From assembly GCF_009914755.1 (NCBI RefSeq), contig NC_060929.1: a stretch of 64,000 nucleotides of DNA; one strand, written 5' to 3'. The translations under genes and the position numbers were made by a program. This document shows positions 1-18,920 of this stretch, one piece after another. The notes below the pieces were generated by a model. That model did not search any database. It was not told the origin of the DNA and saw only the letters and a program-made list of their open reading frames with translations. The stretch comes from the human T2T-CHM13v2.0 reference genome, Homo sapiens. How positions within the stretch are numbered: position 1 is the first letter of the stretch; each line of letters begins with the position of its first letter.

Positions 1-424
1 GTCACTTCCACATTTTCCAGTATCTTTACAGCAGCACCCCACCCAACTGGTACCAGTTTACTGTATGAGTTCATTTTCACGCTGCTAATAAAGACATACC
101 CAAGGCTGGGTAATTTATAAAGTAAAGAGGTTTAATTAATTCACAGTTCCACATGGCTGGTGAGGCCTCACAAACATGGCGGAAGGTGAAGGGGAAGCAA
201 GACATGTCTTACATGGCAGCAGGCGAGAGAGAGTTTGTGCAGAGAACACCCCTTTTAAAAACCATCAGATCTCATGAGGATTATTCACTATCATGAGAAC
301 AGCAAAGGAAAGACCCACCCCCATGATTCAATTACCTCCTACTGGGTCCATCCCATGACACATGGGAATTGTGAGAGCTACAATTCAAGATGAGATTTGG
401 GTGGGGACACAATCCAATCATATC
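1..424 (-). mobile_element. THE1 (THE1D-like) MaLR LTR (62-424) plus the adjoining internal sequence (1-61); the element continues left of the window
   Basis: tgtatgagttcattttcacgctgctaataaagacatacc ... gatgagatttgggtggggacac..atca matches the THE1 LTR (reverse of the tgatatggtttgg start). It is preceded by the THE1-int end cacttccacatttt..ctggtaccagtttac. Confidence 0.9.
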
Positions 425-1316
425 ATGATACTTTTCAGTTAAGTGAAGATTGGGCTTTGGTTTGTCCCATTGCCTACTACTGTTTATTATGACTGTAATA
501 TGAGAGATTGCATAATGCATACATAGGCCAAATAACTTTAAGTGGTGCTACTCTTTACAATCAAAGACTCAAAGCAAAGCCTTGAAACATCAAGGCAATT
601 TATAAAACGGCAGTATTAATGCTTCTTGCATTTTAATGCTTAGAGTTCCTAGCAATACACAATCATGCATTTATTGATTTTAATTTTCTATGAGTATCAG
701 GGTTAATTATTTCTCAAGTTGCCTAGATAAAGATATACACTGTAGTCAATAATTTTTGATATTCATTTTGAAAAGTCAATATCTACTTATAAATTATGTA
801 ATTGTCAAGATATTTATAAAGAAGACAGTAATTCCTTTCTTCAAATAAAGTATACTTTTAACAACTATTTTCTTAGAAAAAGACAGCTTGGAGAAGATAC
901 CTGTAAATTACTAAAATAAACTGCTTTTAATTAACATTATTGACTCTTTGATGCTAAAACTTTTTTTGAGTCAGTTAAATTTTTATTATTGGAGAAATAT
1001 CTGCGTATGGATAGAAGCGATTCAGTTTTTATACAGAATAACCAAATCATGTATCTAGCGTTTATATATATATATATAAGGCAACATATCATCCTCCCAT
1101 TGAAAGAGTAAAGAAGAAGCTGCAAAGTGACAATGCAAAATACACAAAAAATGTGTTCTCCTTGTAACACTTTACTCTTCAGTAGGTGGAGAATTACCCT
1201 CATTCATTCATACAGATATATTTCTAGAGAGAGAAGGAAGATTCTCTGAGGCAAAATAAGTAAATAAATAAAAAGGAAGTGTATGAAATGTGAACCTAAA
1301 ATAATAGAAACTCTAC

Positions 1317-1676
1317 TGCTTTGGACTAAATTGAATCCTCCCAAATTCATATGGAGATATCCTAGTCCCAAATGTTATGGCATTTAGAGATAGAGTGTTT
1401 GAGAGATAATTAGGTTTGCATAAGGTCATGATAGTGGGACCCAGATGATGGGATTATTGACTTCATAAGAGACAGAAGAGAGCTTCCTCACTCTTTCTGC
1501 CTGGAGGGCACAGAGAGAAAGCAGCTATCTGTAAGCCACGAAGAGAGTCTTCACAGGAAACTGATCCTGCTGTCACCTTGACCTTGAACTTCTAGTATTC
1601 AGAATTGTAAGAAATCAAATTTCTGTTAACTCACTCAGTCTGGCATTCTGTTATGGAAGCCTGAGTGGACTTATAT
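1317..1676 (+). mobile_element. MLT1A/B-like MaLR solo LTR
   Basis: tgctttggactaaattg..cccaaattcatat start; gatgggattattgacttcataagagac; accttgaccttgaacttctagtattcagaattgtaagaaat; end ggcattctgttatggaagcctgagtggact. Confidence 0.75.
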
Positions 1677-2583
1677 AATTACCAAGAGTCACACACAAAA
1701 AGTAGATATTATTTTATTTTTATACTACCAAAATAGTTTCAGAGCCTGGGTACTACTAGAATTTGATCTGAAGGGCATTTATCCATAGATAAATAATTAA
1801 AACTGCATAATTAATATTATCAGTTAATTTATTGTCTTAAAAATAATAAGAATGAGTAACATGCGACCTAGTATTCACAATGCAAACAAAAAGTCTTAAG
1901 AAGATTGGGAAGAACTTCAGAGGAATAACAAAAACAATGGTAACAGTGACATTAATGGTGGTTATGCTGATGAAGATTGTGATGATGAACTATGAATCAA
2001 TTATTTTAAAAGAACCATCAGTAGTTTTAGAATGAAAATACATGATTTTGAAAATTTTTTTAAAAATGACTGAAGAGCTGACCAGCTGATTAAACATACC
2101 TTTACAGTGAATTATTGAGCTGGAAGTCCATACCACCAGGTTTTAAGAACATAGCACAATAAAACAAAGATTTTTAGAGTACAAAATAACAGTTTAAAAT
2201 CATTTCATGGAGTTTAGCTTCTCCAGACGTAGAAGTTTAATTAATATCAATAAAATATAATTTCACATTTATTTTTTATCACATTAAAGACATATTTTTG
2301 GACACAGAATGCCTTATTTGTTTATTGATTTTTTAAAATATTATTAAATTAATGTGTAAATCAGTAGTGAGGTAAAGAATAATTTGGAAAACTTGGAAAG
2401 TAGCCCAAAACACATTTGATATATTTTCTTACACATAATTTTTAAAAATAAAAATGCTATAGAATAGTTTGAAATATTCTATATTTAAAGTATGCAGTAT
2501 TCAAAGCTAACCAGGAAACTTAAAAAAGTAAACACACGCAAAACTACATATACACAAACAAACACGTTTCTTTTTCCTTTCAG

Positions 2584-2653
2584 GTGGAAAGGCATCTGGA
2601 AACAGAGGAAAACATTCCATTTAGAAGAAAATCTCAATGTTGTCCTTGGGTTT
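2584..2653 (+). other. Candidate 70-nt internal exon (non-coding or unknown transcript)
   Basis: Polypyrimidine acceptor tttctttttcctttcag| ends at 2583 and donor |gtgagt starts at 2654. No transcript evidence is available. Confidence 0.3.
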
Positions 2654-3104
2654 GTGAGTTTTCAGATCTCTCTTGTTTGAAAATGAGAAGACCAAATCTG
2701 TATTTTTCTATGTTCTCCTGGCTCCAGAGAAATAGCCATTGTTTTCCCGGAAATGATGAGGCAATAGAAATCTATAGGCCCATTCCTATAATTGCCACCT
2801 CAGCCGTTGCTAATCCACCTGGTAGGCCCTGGGTTCTTCAGGACATTGAGAAATATGAAACTTTTCTAAAACAGAGGGAGCCTTCTTGGATTACATCTCA
2901 TCCATCAGGGAGCAAGGCTCATGCTCTAAGCTCCAGTACACTGCTAAGAATTCTAGGTAAATCTCTACTGATAAACCCTTCATATCTCTCTGTCTACCTA
3001 CTGACTCCTTCTCTGGGGTCCTGAATATATCTATTATAAAACTTTCTTGAGAAACTTCACCTATATCTTATCCTGTATCCTATTTACTTAAAAAAATATT
3101 TACT

Positions 3105-3425
3105 GAGAATGATGATTTCCAATTTCATCCATGTCCCTACAAAGGACATGAACTCATCATTTTTTATGGCTGCATAGTATTCCATGGTGTATATGTGCCA
3201 CATTTTCTTAATCCAGTCTATCATTGTTGGACATTTGGGTTGGTTCCAAGTCTTTTCTCTTGTGAATAATGCCGCAATAAACATACGTGTGCATGTGTCT
3301 TTATAGCAGCATGATTTATAGTCCTTTGGGTATATGCACCAGCATGGCACATGTATACATATGTAACTAACCTGCACAATGTGCACATGTACCCTAAAAC
3401 TTAAAGTATAATAATAAAAAAAAAA
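3105..3425 (+). mobile_element. Short young L1 (L1PA2-like) with 5' inversion (twin priming)
   Basis: 3105-3335 is the antisense ORF2 C-terminus (ORF track: KDTCTRMFIAALFT..WNQPKCPTMIDWIKKMWHIYTMEYYAAIK). 3336-3425 is the sense 3' end cacaatgtgcacatgtaccctaaaacttaaagtataataataaa. TSD aaaaaa(a/g)tatttact at 3090-3104 and 3420-3434. Confidence 0.92.
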
Positions 3426-3444
3426 GTATTTACTTTTTACTAAT

Positions 3445-3690
3445 GTCAACAGCTTTAGGGTAAAAGTGGGTTTTGATTACATGGATGAATTGTACGGTGG
3501 TTAAGTCTATATTTTTAGTGTACCCATCACCCGAATAACACGTGTTGTACCTAATAGGTAATTTTTCCTCCTTCATCCCTTTCCCAACCTCCTCGCTTCT
3601 GAGTCTCTAGTTTCATTATACCATCCTGTATGACCCTGCATACTCATGGCTTAGCTCTTTGCAGTTGTGACTTGTGCTGCAATAAATATC
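3445..3690 (-). mobile_element. L1PB-like 3' UTR fragment
   Basis: ttttgattacatggatgaattgtacggtggt..ttttagtgtacccatcacccgaata..gtacctaataggtaatttt. Confidence 0.75.
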
Positions 3691-3739
3691 TCATGAGGAA
3701 AACACATTTTCTAATAATACTTTAGCTACTATTAGTACA

Positions 3740-3955
3740 TCAGCCTTCTTGCATAGGAAAACTTTCACACATCCAGAAAACATGTATTGCAAATGACAGT
3801 TGAATCAAATCCTCCTATAAGTGTTTAAGTGGTCCATCAAATAGCAGATACATACCAGAAATTTTTATTGTCTTTATTCTCTTCCCAGGATTATGTGTTT
3901 GACAAACCAAACCTTGGTCATAAGCCATTTTAACAACTTAGAACAGTCACCACAT
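3740..3955. mobile_element. Probable ERV1 (MER4-group) internal fragment
   Basis: ccagaaaacatgtattgcaaatgacagttgaatcaaatcc..tttgacaaaccaaaccttggtcataagccattttaacaacttagaacagtcaccaca resembles MER4-group internal sequence (from memory). Confidence 0.4.
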
Positions 3956-6044
3956 ATATGTATATATCTAAATGTATTTGATTTTTTCCTCACAAAAGCC
4001 CTTTTGGAATAAAAAGATAAAACATTATTCTTATATGAAGCTCCACTTAAAACTCTCTATGTGCCTTCTAGTGTCTTCAAATATCCCACCTCCTACCCAT
4101 AACATACTAAGAAAGTTTAAGGCAATAAAAATCTTAAAAATTACTCTTATAACATATTCTCACCCTCCCTAGAGCCAGAGATCTCCTAAAAAAACTTAAA
4201 TTCAAAACAAAATTAATTTTCTTTAACCTTAGTAGTCAAACCTCCTTTACTCTAATGCTATTATTTTTTTGTGAGTTTCTTAAAAGGCTGTACACCAAAG
4301 GTTAAATTGTGTAATGTCATTTTAATCATGACAGTATTTATATTCTTTGGAGGAATGAGATTCATCTTAATGACCTACTGTACTGGTATAATTTTTTTAT
4401 AGTAAAAATGACCAAACAAGGAAGGGGAAATACATTGAATATATTTCAAAATGTCAAGTTCTTAGATTGGAGCTCATATGGTTGTCTAGTTGGGGGAGAT
4501 AACTCCATTCTCTTCTTTAATATTTTACAAATGAGAGAAGAGTTCAAAATTATTTAGAAATTGATTTGTAAATCCAAGACAAATAACCAAGTATTCTGAC
4601 ATCTCATTAAATGTCCCTGTAATATGTATTCAGTGTATTATTTATACCCTTTTTAAAACTAAATCACTGCTACCTGAAAATTAAGTCCGGATATCAAACA
4701 GCTATATAGTCTTTTTCATATAAAAACAAAAGTTTATTCTATTCATATAAACATTAAAATGTGGGCTTGTTTTTAAGCAAACAAAAGTAAGAGTGCTAGT
4801 ATAGTTTTACCAATATTCTGTCATTTGAACTAGGCACTGTGCTGATTATAGGACTGGAAATTGACTAAATATTTTAATCCAATATAATAATATTCACAAA
4901 TTCAATCAAAGCTATGTACATATAATCTACAACTATTAACTTCCCAATTAATAGAATTATATATAGTACAATGTATAGTAGGGCATTTAATAATACAATC
5001 ACCACTACTGAAAAGCTTTACTCATAACATTTTAGTGCCTGGAATATAAAAGGGATTGCATGTGTCTTGAATAAGTAAATAAAATATTAAAATATATTCT
5101 TCTTTGTTAAAATCATTTTGTGTTCAGGTATAAATTATATATTAATAAAAGAGAGTTTTACTATTTAAATGTAAGTATATATTATCCATTTGAAGTTTAT
5201 TAATGATGAATGTAAGTATACAAAATACTGTATATTATTTGATACCAACATTTATTCACTAGTGTCTTTACTTTTCCATAAACAATACATAATGAATGCA
5301 GCTCTTTACAAGTAAATTTTGGTAGAAACAAAACCTTATAGAATAATTATGAGAGAAAAAATGTAAGAAAATCTAAGGCCATAGAAATTTAAATTAAAAT
5401 TGAAAACATTGGATGCTTAAGTCAATACTTATAACTATTTCCTATTCAGATAGCTTGTTCAGATATACCATTTCTTGAATTTTTAATTCACAAAAATATT
5501 ATTTTTATATGTATCATACTTGACAAAAAGGACCAAAAAACCCTATTCTTGAATTTAAGTTTAATATTTTGCAGTTATTACATAAACGTAAGGTTTAGCA
5601 AACAGTTCTAGCAAATAAATACAATTCCCCAAATTTTTCAGCACTTACCCAGTCATAAAAATACTCTGTTTGAAAATAAAATATGTTTATTTTCCCACAA
5701 CCTGGTATATGAGAGGACCTCCCCTCTCTCTGCATCCTTGACAGCATTTTTTTTTCTTTTTTTCTTTTTTTTTTTTTTTTACTTTTTGATAATAGCCATT
5801 CTAACTGGGGTAAGGTGATATCCCATCCCAGCTTTAATTTTCATTTGCCTGATAATTAGCGATGTTGACTGAGCATTTTAAAAATATACATCTGTTGACT
5901 ATTTGTATGTCTTCTTTTGAGAAATGTCTATTCAGGTTTTTGCCCATTTTTAATAAGATTATTTGTGTGTTTTGCTACTGAGTTAAATTCCTTATATATT
6001 CTGGTTACTGAGAAGTTGTCAGATACATAGTTTAAATTATTTTT

Positions 6045-6340
<296 letters not shown>

Positions 6341-6584
6341 ACATAGATTAAGTTAATAGAGTCATTATGGAAAACAGTATAGAGGGTTCCTCAAAAAATT
6401 AAAAATAGAACTACCATTTGATTCAGCAATCCTATTACTAGGTATATATCCAAAAGAAATGAAACCAGTATATCAGAGAGATATCTGCACTCCAATGATT
6501 ATGCAGCATTATTCACATGGCCAAACCATGGAATCAAACTAAATGCCTTTCTACAGATGAATGGGTGCAGAAAATATGGGGTGC

Positions 6585-6618
<34 letters not shown>

Positions 6619-6733
6619 TTTAAAAAGTTGATCTCACAGAAATGAGAATAGAATAGTGGTTACCAGAAGCTGGGACAGTACAAGGGAGGATGGATGAAGA
6701 GTGGTTGGACAAGGACTAAAAAGTTATGGTTAG

Positions 6734-7116
<383 letters not shown>

Positions 7117-7369
7117 TAGTCAGAAGAGAGGATTTTGAATGTTATCACCACAAAGAAATGACAAATGCTTAAGGCAATGAATATAATAATCATCCTGATT
7201 TGATCATTACACATTGTATATATGCACTGAAACATCACACTGTATCCCACAAATATGTACAGTAATCATGTGTCAACTATAAATTTTTAAAACTTTTAAA
7301 TTAAAAAACTAAATGGTAGATATTTAATTGCCACTGATAAGTGCAGAGATTTAAAGAGACAATAAGGAA

Positions 7370-8470
<1,101 letters not shown>

Positions 8471-8539
8471 AACTCCCACTTGTAGAAACAGTAACCACAG
8501 CCCCCCTCCACAACTATCACATACAACTGGGATTTTGAC

Positions 8540-12835
<4,296 letters not shown>

Positions 12836-12839
12836 TAAA

Positions 12840-13385
12840 TATTTTAACTTTTCTTTAGGTGCAGGGATACATGTGCAGGTTTCTTATGTAAATAAACTCA
12901 TGACTTGGGGCTGTGCTGCACAGATTATTTTATCCCTCAGGTACTAAACACAGTATCAGTTGTTTTTTTTCTGAACCTGTAGCTCCTCCCAACCTCCTCC
13001 TGCAACTAGGCCCGAGCGTCTGTTGTTTCCTACTTTCTGCTAATGGGGTTTCATTATTTAGCTCCCACTTATAAGTGAGAACATGCAGTATTTATTATTC
13101 TGTTCCTGCATTAGTTTGCTAAGGATAATAGCCTACAGGTCCATCCATGTTCCTGCAACAGATATGATCTCATTCTTTTTCATAACTGCATAGTATATAA
13201 TGGTGTATATCTATCACATTTTCTTTATCCGGTCAACTGTTGATGGGCATTTTGGTTGATTCTATGTTTTTGCTTTTGTGAATACTGCTGCTACAGTGAA
13301 CGTATGTGTACATATGACTTTATGGTAGACGGATTTAAATTTCTTTAAGCATATACTTAGTAGTGGGACTACTGGGTCAAAAGGT
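12840..13385 (-). mobile_element. L1PA15/16-like 3' fragment
   Basis: acatgtgcaggttt..acagattatttt..cattatttagctcccacttataagtgagaacatgcagtattt. Confidence 0.85.
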
Positions 13386-14062
13386 ATATAGAAACTGCAC
13401 ACAATATATGTTAGCTACTGTAAAATACTCTATGCTTGCATTGTCACACTATTTTTAATTCCAGAGGGGAAAAATATTCTAGGTTTTAATGGAGTAAAAT
13501 ATTATTATTAACTATTGGCAAAATATTTAGAAATAACTATCCATTGTACATGAGTATCCATTGTACATAACTATCCATTGTACATGAGTAGAGTATGAAT
13601 TAATGAATGCATTTAAAAAACCTGCATATTTGAAGAGGAAATGGGAAGAATTATTTTTCGAACCAAAGCAATAATACACAAGTTACCCTAAATTCAAGTT
13701 AAAAAATCAAATATTTACAAATATGAGATAAAAATGTACTAAATTATACTATGCAAAATAAATTATGAATCTAAAATAGAAAAATATGAAATTTCACCTA
13801 GTTGCAGATATTATAGAACTTTAAGAAATTTAGAGAAAAATTTTCTGAGATTGAAAAGAATTATAAATATGTAATAGAAAATAAAATGACTAAGGAATTA
13901 TACGAAAAAAAGGAAAAAGAAAAGAAAAACCTGTGAAAGACATGTTAGGAGTTCAAGATATTAAAGTGAGTCCAATGATGTGGGTGAGACTTGGGAGCAA
14001 GATAGTAGACTTATAAATAAAAGCCTTTGGTATTTGGTGTAAGATAAAAATATATACATAAA

Positions 14063-14111
<49 letters not shown>

Positions 14112-14128
14112 GGAGAAAGAGAGAGAGA
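14063..14128. repeat. (TG)n(GA)n compound microsatellite
   Basis: Directly visible. Confidence 0.95.
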
Positions 14129-14599
14129 TGGATTTTTAACCTAAAGTGTTTTTCAATAAACTAAGTATTTCTTATTTTATAATACATTCGGTAGATAATT
14201 ACAACACATGTAATTATATTTTTATTTTCTTTCTCATATCCATCAGAGTGACCAGCATAGCTTGAATGAATGAAAATTTATATCTTGTCTCATTCACTGT
14301 AATCATTTAGTCCAATGGTAACTTCTGCCTGTTTCTACATACATATGTATCCTCAAAGCTGAATTCTTAAAATTATATTCTTATATAGACACCAGGTCCC
14401 ACTACTAAACCAAGGAAACTTACTTCAATTTACAGCAAATCATCTTATTCCCATGAAGTTTTAATGTATGTGCATATTTTTGCTTTGTTTTTTTATTGTG
14501 TTTTAACTGGAAGTCTCTAAATGTGTTGATAATTGCTTTTCGAACATTTATAAAGCTCATTTGAAATATGTATACTACACTGAAGAGATACAGTAAGTA

Positions 14600-14945
14600 A
14601 GGTGCTACAGGCCCCATGCAAGTCCAAAACCCAGCAGGGCAGTTGTGAAATCTTAAAGCTCTGAAATTATCTTCTTTGACTCCATCTCTCACATTCAGGT
14701 CCCACTGATGGAAGGAGTGGGCTCCCAAGGCCTTAGGCAGCTCTGCCTCGGTGGCTCTGCAGGGCTTAGCCCCCACGGCTGCTCTCAAGGGCTGGTGTTG
14801 ATTGCCTGCAGCTTTTACAGGCACATTGTGTAAACTGTTCGTGTATCTACCATTCTGGAGTCAGGAGGACAGTAGCCCTCTTCTCACAGTGCCCCAGTGT
14901 GGACTCTGTGTGGGGGCTCCAACCCCACATTTCCCCTCCACACTG
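14600..14945 (-). mobile_element. Orphan MST/THE1 internal fragment (no LTRs)
   Basis: acaggccccatgcaagtccaaaacccagcagggcag..ggactctgtgtgggggctccaaccccacatttccc; similar to the MaLR-int at 53815-54150 in this window. Confidence 0.85.
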
Positions 14946-15374
14946 ACAATTTATTATTGCATTGGCTTAAAAATCAATTTGTTAGAAATAACAATATAAA
15001 GTTATTTCAAGATATATCTTCTCAAGAAACTAACATAACTTTGAAATGTTAACTGAGTTCTATATCTAAAAAAGGATGTTACACACTGTTGTGAGTTAAA
15101 TTTTCTCTTCAAAATGATAAATTTAAGTCCTACCCCTGAAATTTGAATAAACATCTATCTTTTATTAGATCTGAGTTTTTAAAATGAAACAAAACCATTG
15201 CATGTTCCACAGTAGAGAATGCAAAAGAAATCATAAAGAAATGACTCCAAAATTTTCTTAAATCCTCTGGGGTCTTATTAAGACTTATATTGGGTACACA
15301 TCTTTGGAACACTAGCACAGCAAGGTAGTATAATCACATGGGCATTTGAACAGAAATTTTCTGGATATCAATAC

Positions 15375-15765
15375 ATCCTATGAACGTAACCTTATTTGGA
15401 AATAATATTTTTTAGATGTAATTGAGTTCAGATGAGATCCTACTGAATTTATGTGGCCATATCCAATGGCTACTGTCCTCAAAAATGGTAATTTGGACAC
15501 AGAGACACGCAGGAAGAAGGACATGAGATGAGGGAGACAGAGTTCAAGTGACGCAGCTGCAAGCCAAAGAATGCCAATGATTATAGATGACTATCAGAGG
15601 CTAGGAGAGGCACATGGGACAGATTCTCTTACAGAGCCTCCAGAAGGAAAGAGTCCTACCTTAATTTTGGCTTTTAGCCTCCAGAACTGTAAAAGAATAA
15701 TTTTTTTTGTGTTAAACCACCCAGTTTCTGGTAATTTTTAAAGGTATCTCTAGGAAACTATTACA
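15375..15765 (+). mobile_element. MLT1C-like LTR (5'-truncated)
   Basis: aaccttatttggaaat..aatttggacacagagac..caagccaaagaatgcc..cagattctcttacagagcctccagaagg..tagcctccagaactgt. Confidence 0.8.
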
Positions 15766-15925
15766 TACACTTATTACAATACTGTTGCCATTATTCAAAA
15801 CACTTTTGGAGCTTCCCATGGAAACTGCCTCAGGCAGCATTAGGTTCCCAGTCATGTTATGTTAGCAAAGCCTTTGTATTTTCATAGTGGAATTGATTTA
15901 GTAAATAGCCAAAACTGATATAGTA
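15766..15925. mobile_element. Possible MARNA (mariner-like) fragment
   Basis: atacacttattacaatactgttgccattattcaaaacacttttgga..gaaactgcctcag resembles MARNA (from memory). Confidence 0.4.
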
Positions 15926-15927
15926 AC

Positions 15928-16280
15928 TGTATTAGTCTGTTTTCATGCTGCTGATAAAGACATACCTGAAACTGGGAAGAAAAAGAGGTTTATTTGGACT
16001 TACAGTTCCACATGGCTGAGGAGGCCTCAGAATCATGGCAGGAGGTGAAAGGCACTTCTTACATGGTGGCAGCAAGAGAAAATGAGGAAGAAGCAAAAGT
16101 GGAAACCTTGATAAACCAATCAGATCTCATGATATTCATTCACTATCACAAGAACAGCCCAGGAAAGACCCACCCACATAATTCAATCACCTCCCACCGG
16201 TTTCCTCACACAACACTTGGGAATTGTGGGAGTTACAATTCAAGGTGAGATTTAGGTGGGGACACAGCTGAACCATATCA
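15928..16280 (-). mobile_element. THE1C-like solo LTR
   Basis: tgtattagtctgttttcatgctgctgataaagacatacc..gggaagaaaaagaggttt..aaccatatca; 5-bp TSD gtaac on both sides. Confidence 0.92.
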
Positions 16281-16304
16281 GTAACATATACTACTTAAGA
16301 TGCT

Positions 16305-16629
16305 TCTTTTTTTTCTTTTTCTTTTCTTTCTTTTTTTTTTTTTTTGAGACAAAGTTTTGCTCTTGTCGTCCAGGCTGGAGTGCAATGGTGTGATTTTGGC
16401 TCACTGCAACCTCTGACTCCTGGGTTCAAGTGATTCTCCTGCCTCAGCCTCCCGAGTTGCTGGGATTACAGGCACCTGCCCCCTCGCCCACCTAATTTTT
16501 ATTATTTTTAGTAGAGATGGGGTTTCACCATGTTTGCCAGGCTGGTCTCAAACTCCCCACCTCAGGTGATCCAGCCACCTCAGTCTCCCAAATTGCTAGG
16601 ATTACAGGTGTGAACCACTGCACCCAGCC
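16305..16629 (-). mobile_element. AluSq-like
   Basis: T tail, gttttgctcttgtc..gtgcaatgg.., TSD aagat(g/t)cttcttt. Confidence 0.95.
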
Positions 16630-16699
16630 AAGATTCTTCTTTTAAAAAACGTACTGAAAAAAATTTTAATAAGAAAATAAGGAAAGCTAAGACTTATTA

Positions 16700-16900
16700 G
16701 TAGTTTATAATGTGTTCAGCACTTTATATTGCTTTATGTTTGATATTTTATTTAATCTTAATAACCCAGTGCAGTATATACTTCTTTATTGACATTTTAC
16801 AGACAAGGGCCAGGGAATTGAGAGGTTAAGTATTGTGATGAATAATATACAGCTATACAGAGAGGACGTACTAGTCTCTTTAAAGCAATATTTTTTAAGC
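16700..16900 (-). mobile_element. MIR fragment
   Basis: tttaatcttaataaccc..cattttacagacaagg..gagaggttaagt. Confidence 0.6.
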
Positions 16901-18049
16901 ATCTACTTTATTCTAGGTAATCTTTTTGGACCCAAAATAGTAGATAACATGAACAAAAATGGGATATAAAAATAAATTTGATGTGTATAGTGTTCTTTGC
17001 AATGAAAACGAGTGACTTAAAATAGACTCTGATTCACATGAAAAACTTCATTAGAGAAAAAAAATCTTAAAATAGTCTTAGCTGAAATTTGGTATAAAAA
17101 GCTTTTCCTTGGATAAAAAAATAACTATCTTTTCTTTAGATTTGAATTTTTTTGATGAAACCATTACATGTTCCACTGTAGATAACTCAACAGAAATTGG
17201 ACATAAATGACTCCAAGATTTTCTTAAATCTTCTGAGGTCTTATCATGACTTATATTTAATACAAACCTTCAAGGCTCCGACAAAAATGTAGTATAATCA
17301 CATGGGAATTTTAAAATATTATTTTTCTGCATAAAAATATTGAAATAAATTCCCTGTTGCCATTCTATGTTTTACCCTAAGATAACTCAAATAATTTCAG
17401 GAAAATGTACAAATATGTATTATTTCTGAATTAATAAGACATATATTAGAGCACAGACAATGATTGAATGAAGAATACAATATTTTGAGATTAGACATTA
17501 TAATACTTTAATCACTATTCAAGCTTTCAAAAGTCTTGCAAGTAAGAATGTGAAACTGACAAGTTGCAATTATGGAAAAATAAGTGTAAACATTTACAAA
17601 GATGAGGGTGCTTACTTATTTAACAAAATGTAACTATAGACCAAGTCTTTAAATACAATTTTTCTTTGCTACCATAAATATTGTATGTAATTGGATGCCA
17701 TGTTCTAACTATACCAAATGATTAAGGAGTAGTTAAGTCCCAATCAGATTATGTATGGCTTTCTCTGCATATAAAGACTTTACTATTGAAGAAGTTTAAG
17801 TTGATTGCTCACATGAAGCCATACTCCTTTTTAAGAGCTTTATCTGTTAGTCTTGTTTGGTATGATTTGGAGAAAGGGAAACAGACTAAAGTCACGTGGA
17901 TCAGTTAACAGACAACTAAAATAGAGCAGGTGTGAGGTGATGGATGAAGTAGAAAAGAGAAAGGTAAAAGAAGAAATGGTTAGTATATAAATGGAGACTA
18001 TATCAGAGTTAGAATTTGATATATATGGGTGGTGGCGGGGAGAGGGAGG

Positions 18050-18920
18050 TGTTCAGAATATATGAAGAACTTGCACAAAGTGATAAATCGCCAACAGAAA
18101 AATTTGCAAATGATTCAAATAAGCTCTTCGTAAAATATCCAATGGTCACCAAATATATGAAAAGGTGCCTTTATGTCATTTGTCATAAAGTAGAAAATGC
18201 AAATTAAAACAGAAATGTGATCTCACCAGAAGAGTAAGTGCAAGTGACAGAGAATTGCATGAGTGTGGAGAACATGGAGCAACTGGAATTCTCATATGCT
18301 GTTATAGAAAATGTAAACTGGTAAAGTCACCTTAAAAAGATAGTAGTATCTATTAAAGCCAACCTACTTACACCTGTAACCAAGTAGCTTTTCTTCTGTG
18401 TATATACTTACCATATATGTTCAACAAAATACAAGAAAAGACCATTCATAGCAATGAACTAATAATAGCTAAAATCTGGAAAGAAGACAAATGTCTATCC
18501 ACAGTAGCACCAATTAATAAATTGTGATATATTTATGCAATTGAGTCCTGGGCATCATTGAGAATGAAGAAACTACAACCACATGCAACACTGTAGATAT
18601 ATGCCACATGCAAAATATTGAGCAAATTAAGCGAGACATAAATAGTACCTATTGATGATCTTTTTAACATCAAGTGTAAAAACAGACAAAAATGACTACG
18701 ATCTTAGATGTGAGGATCGTGATTACTCTTTTATTGGGAGTGGTGGGGGCACCATTGTTATTACCAACAACAAAAGTATATGAGGGAGGCTTTGTGACAT
18801 CAGGTTGTGTTCTATTTCTTCTTGTGTGTGCCTGTCACAGGTGTGTTTATATAAGTGTATCACTGGTGCGCTTATGAATATGCACTGTTCTGGATTTAGG
18901 TTATAAATTTAATAAGAAGT
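18050..18920 (+). mobile_element. L1ME-type 3' region
   Basis: aatatccaatggtcaccaaatatatgaaaagg..aaatgcaaattaaaac..ggagcaactggaattctcata..aaatgtctatccacagtag. Confidence 0.75.

Noticed and set aside
2584-3024. Longest ORF (146 aa, GTG start)
   Set aside because: No ATG at the start, no recognisable domain, and it runs through the donor at 2654. Treated as chance.
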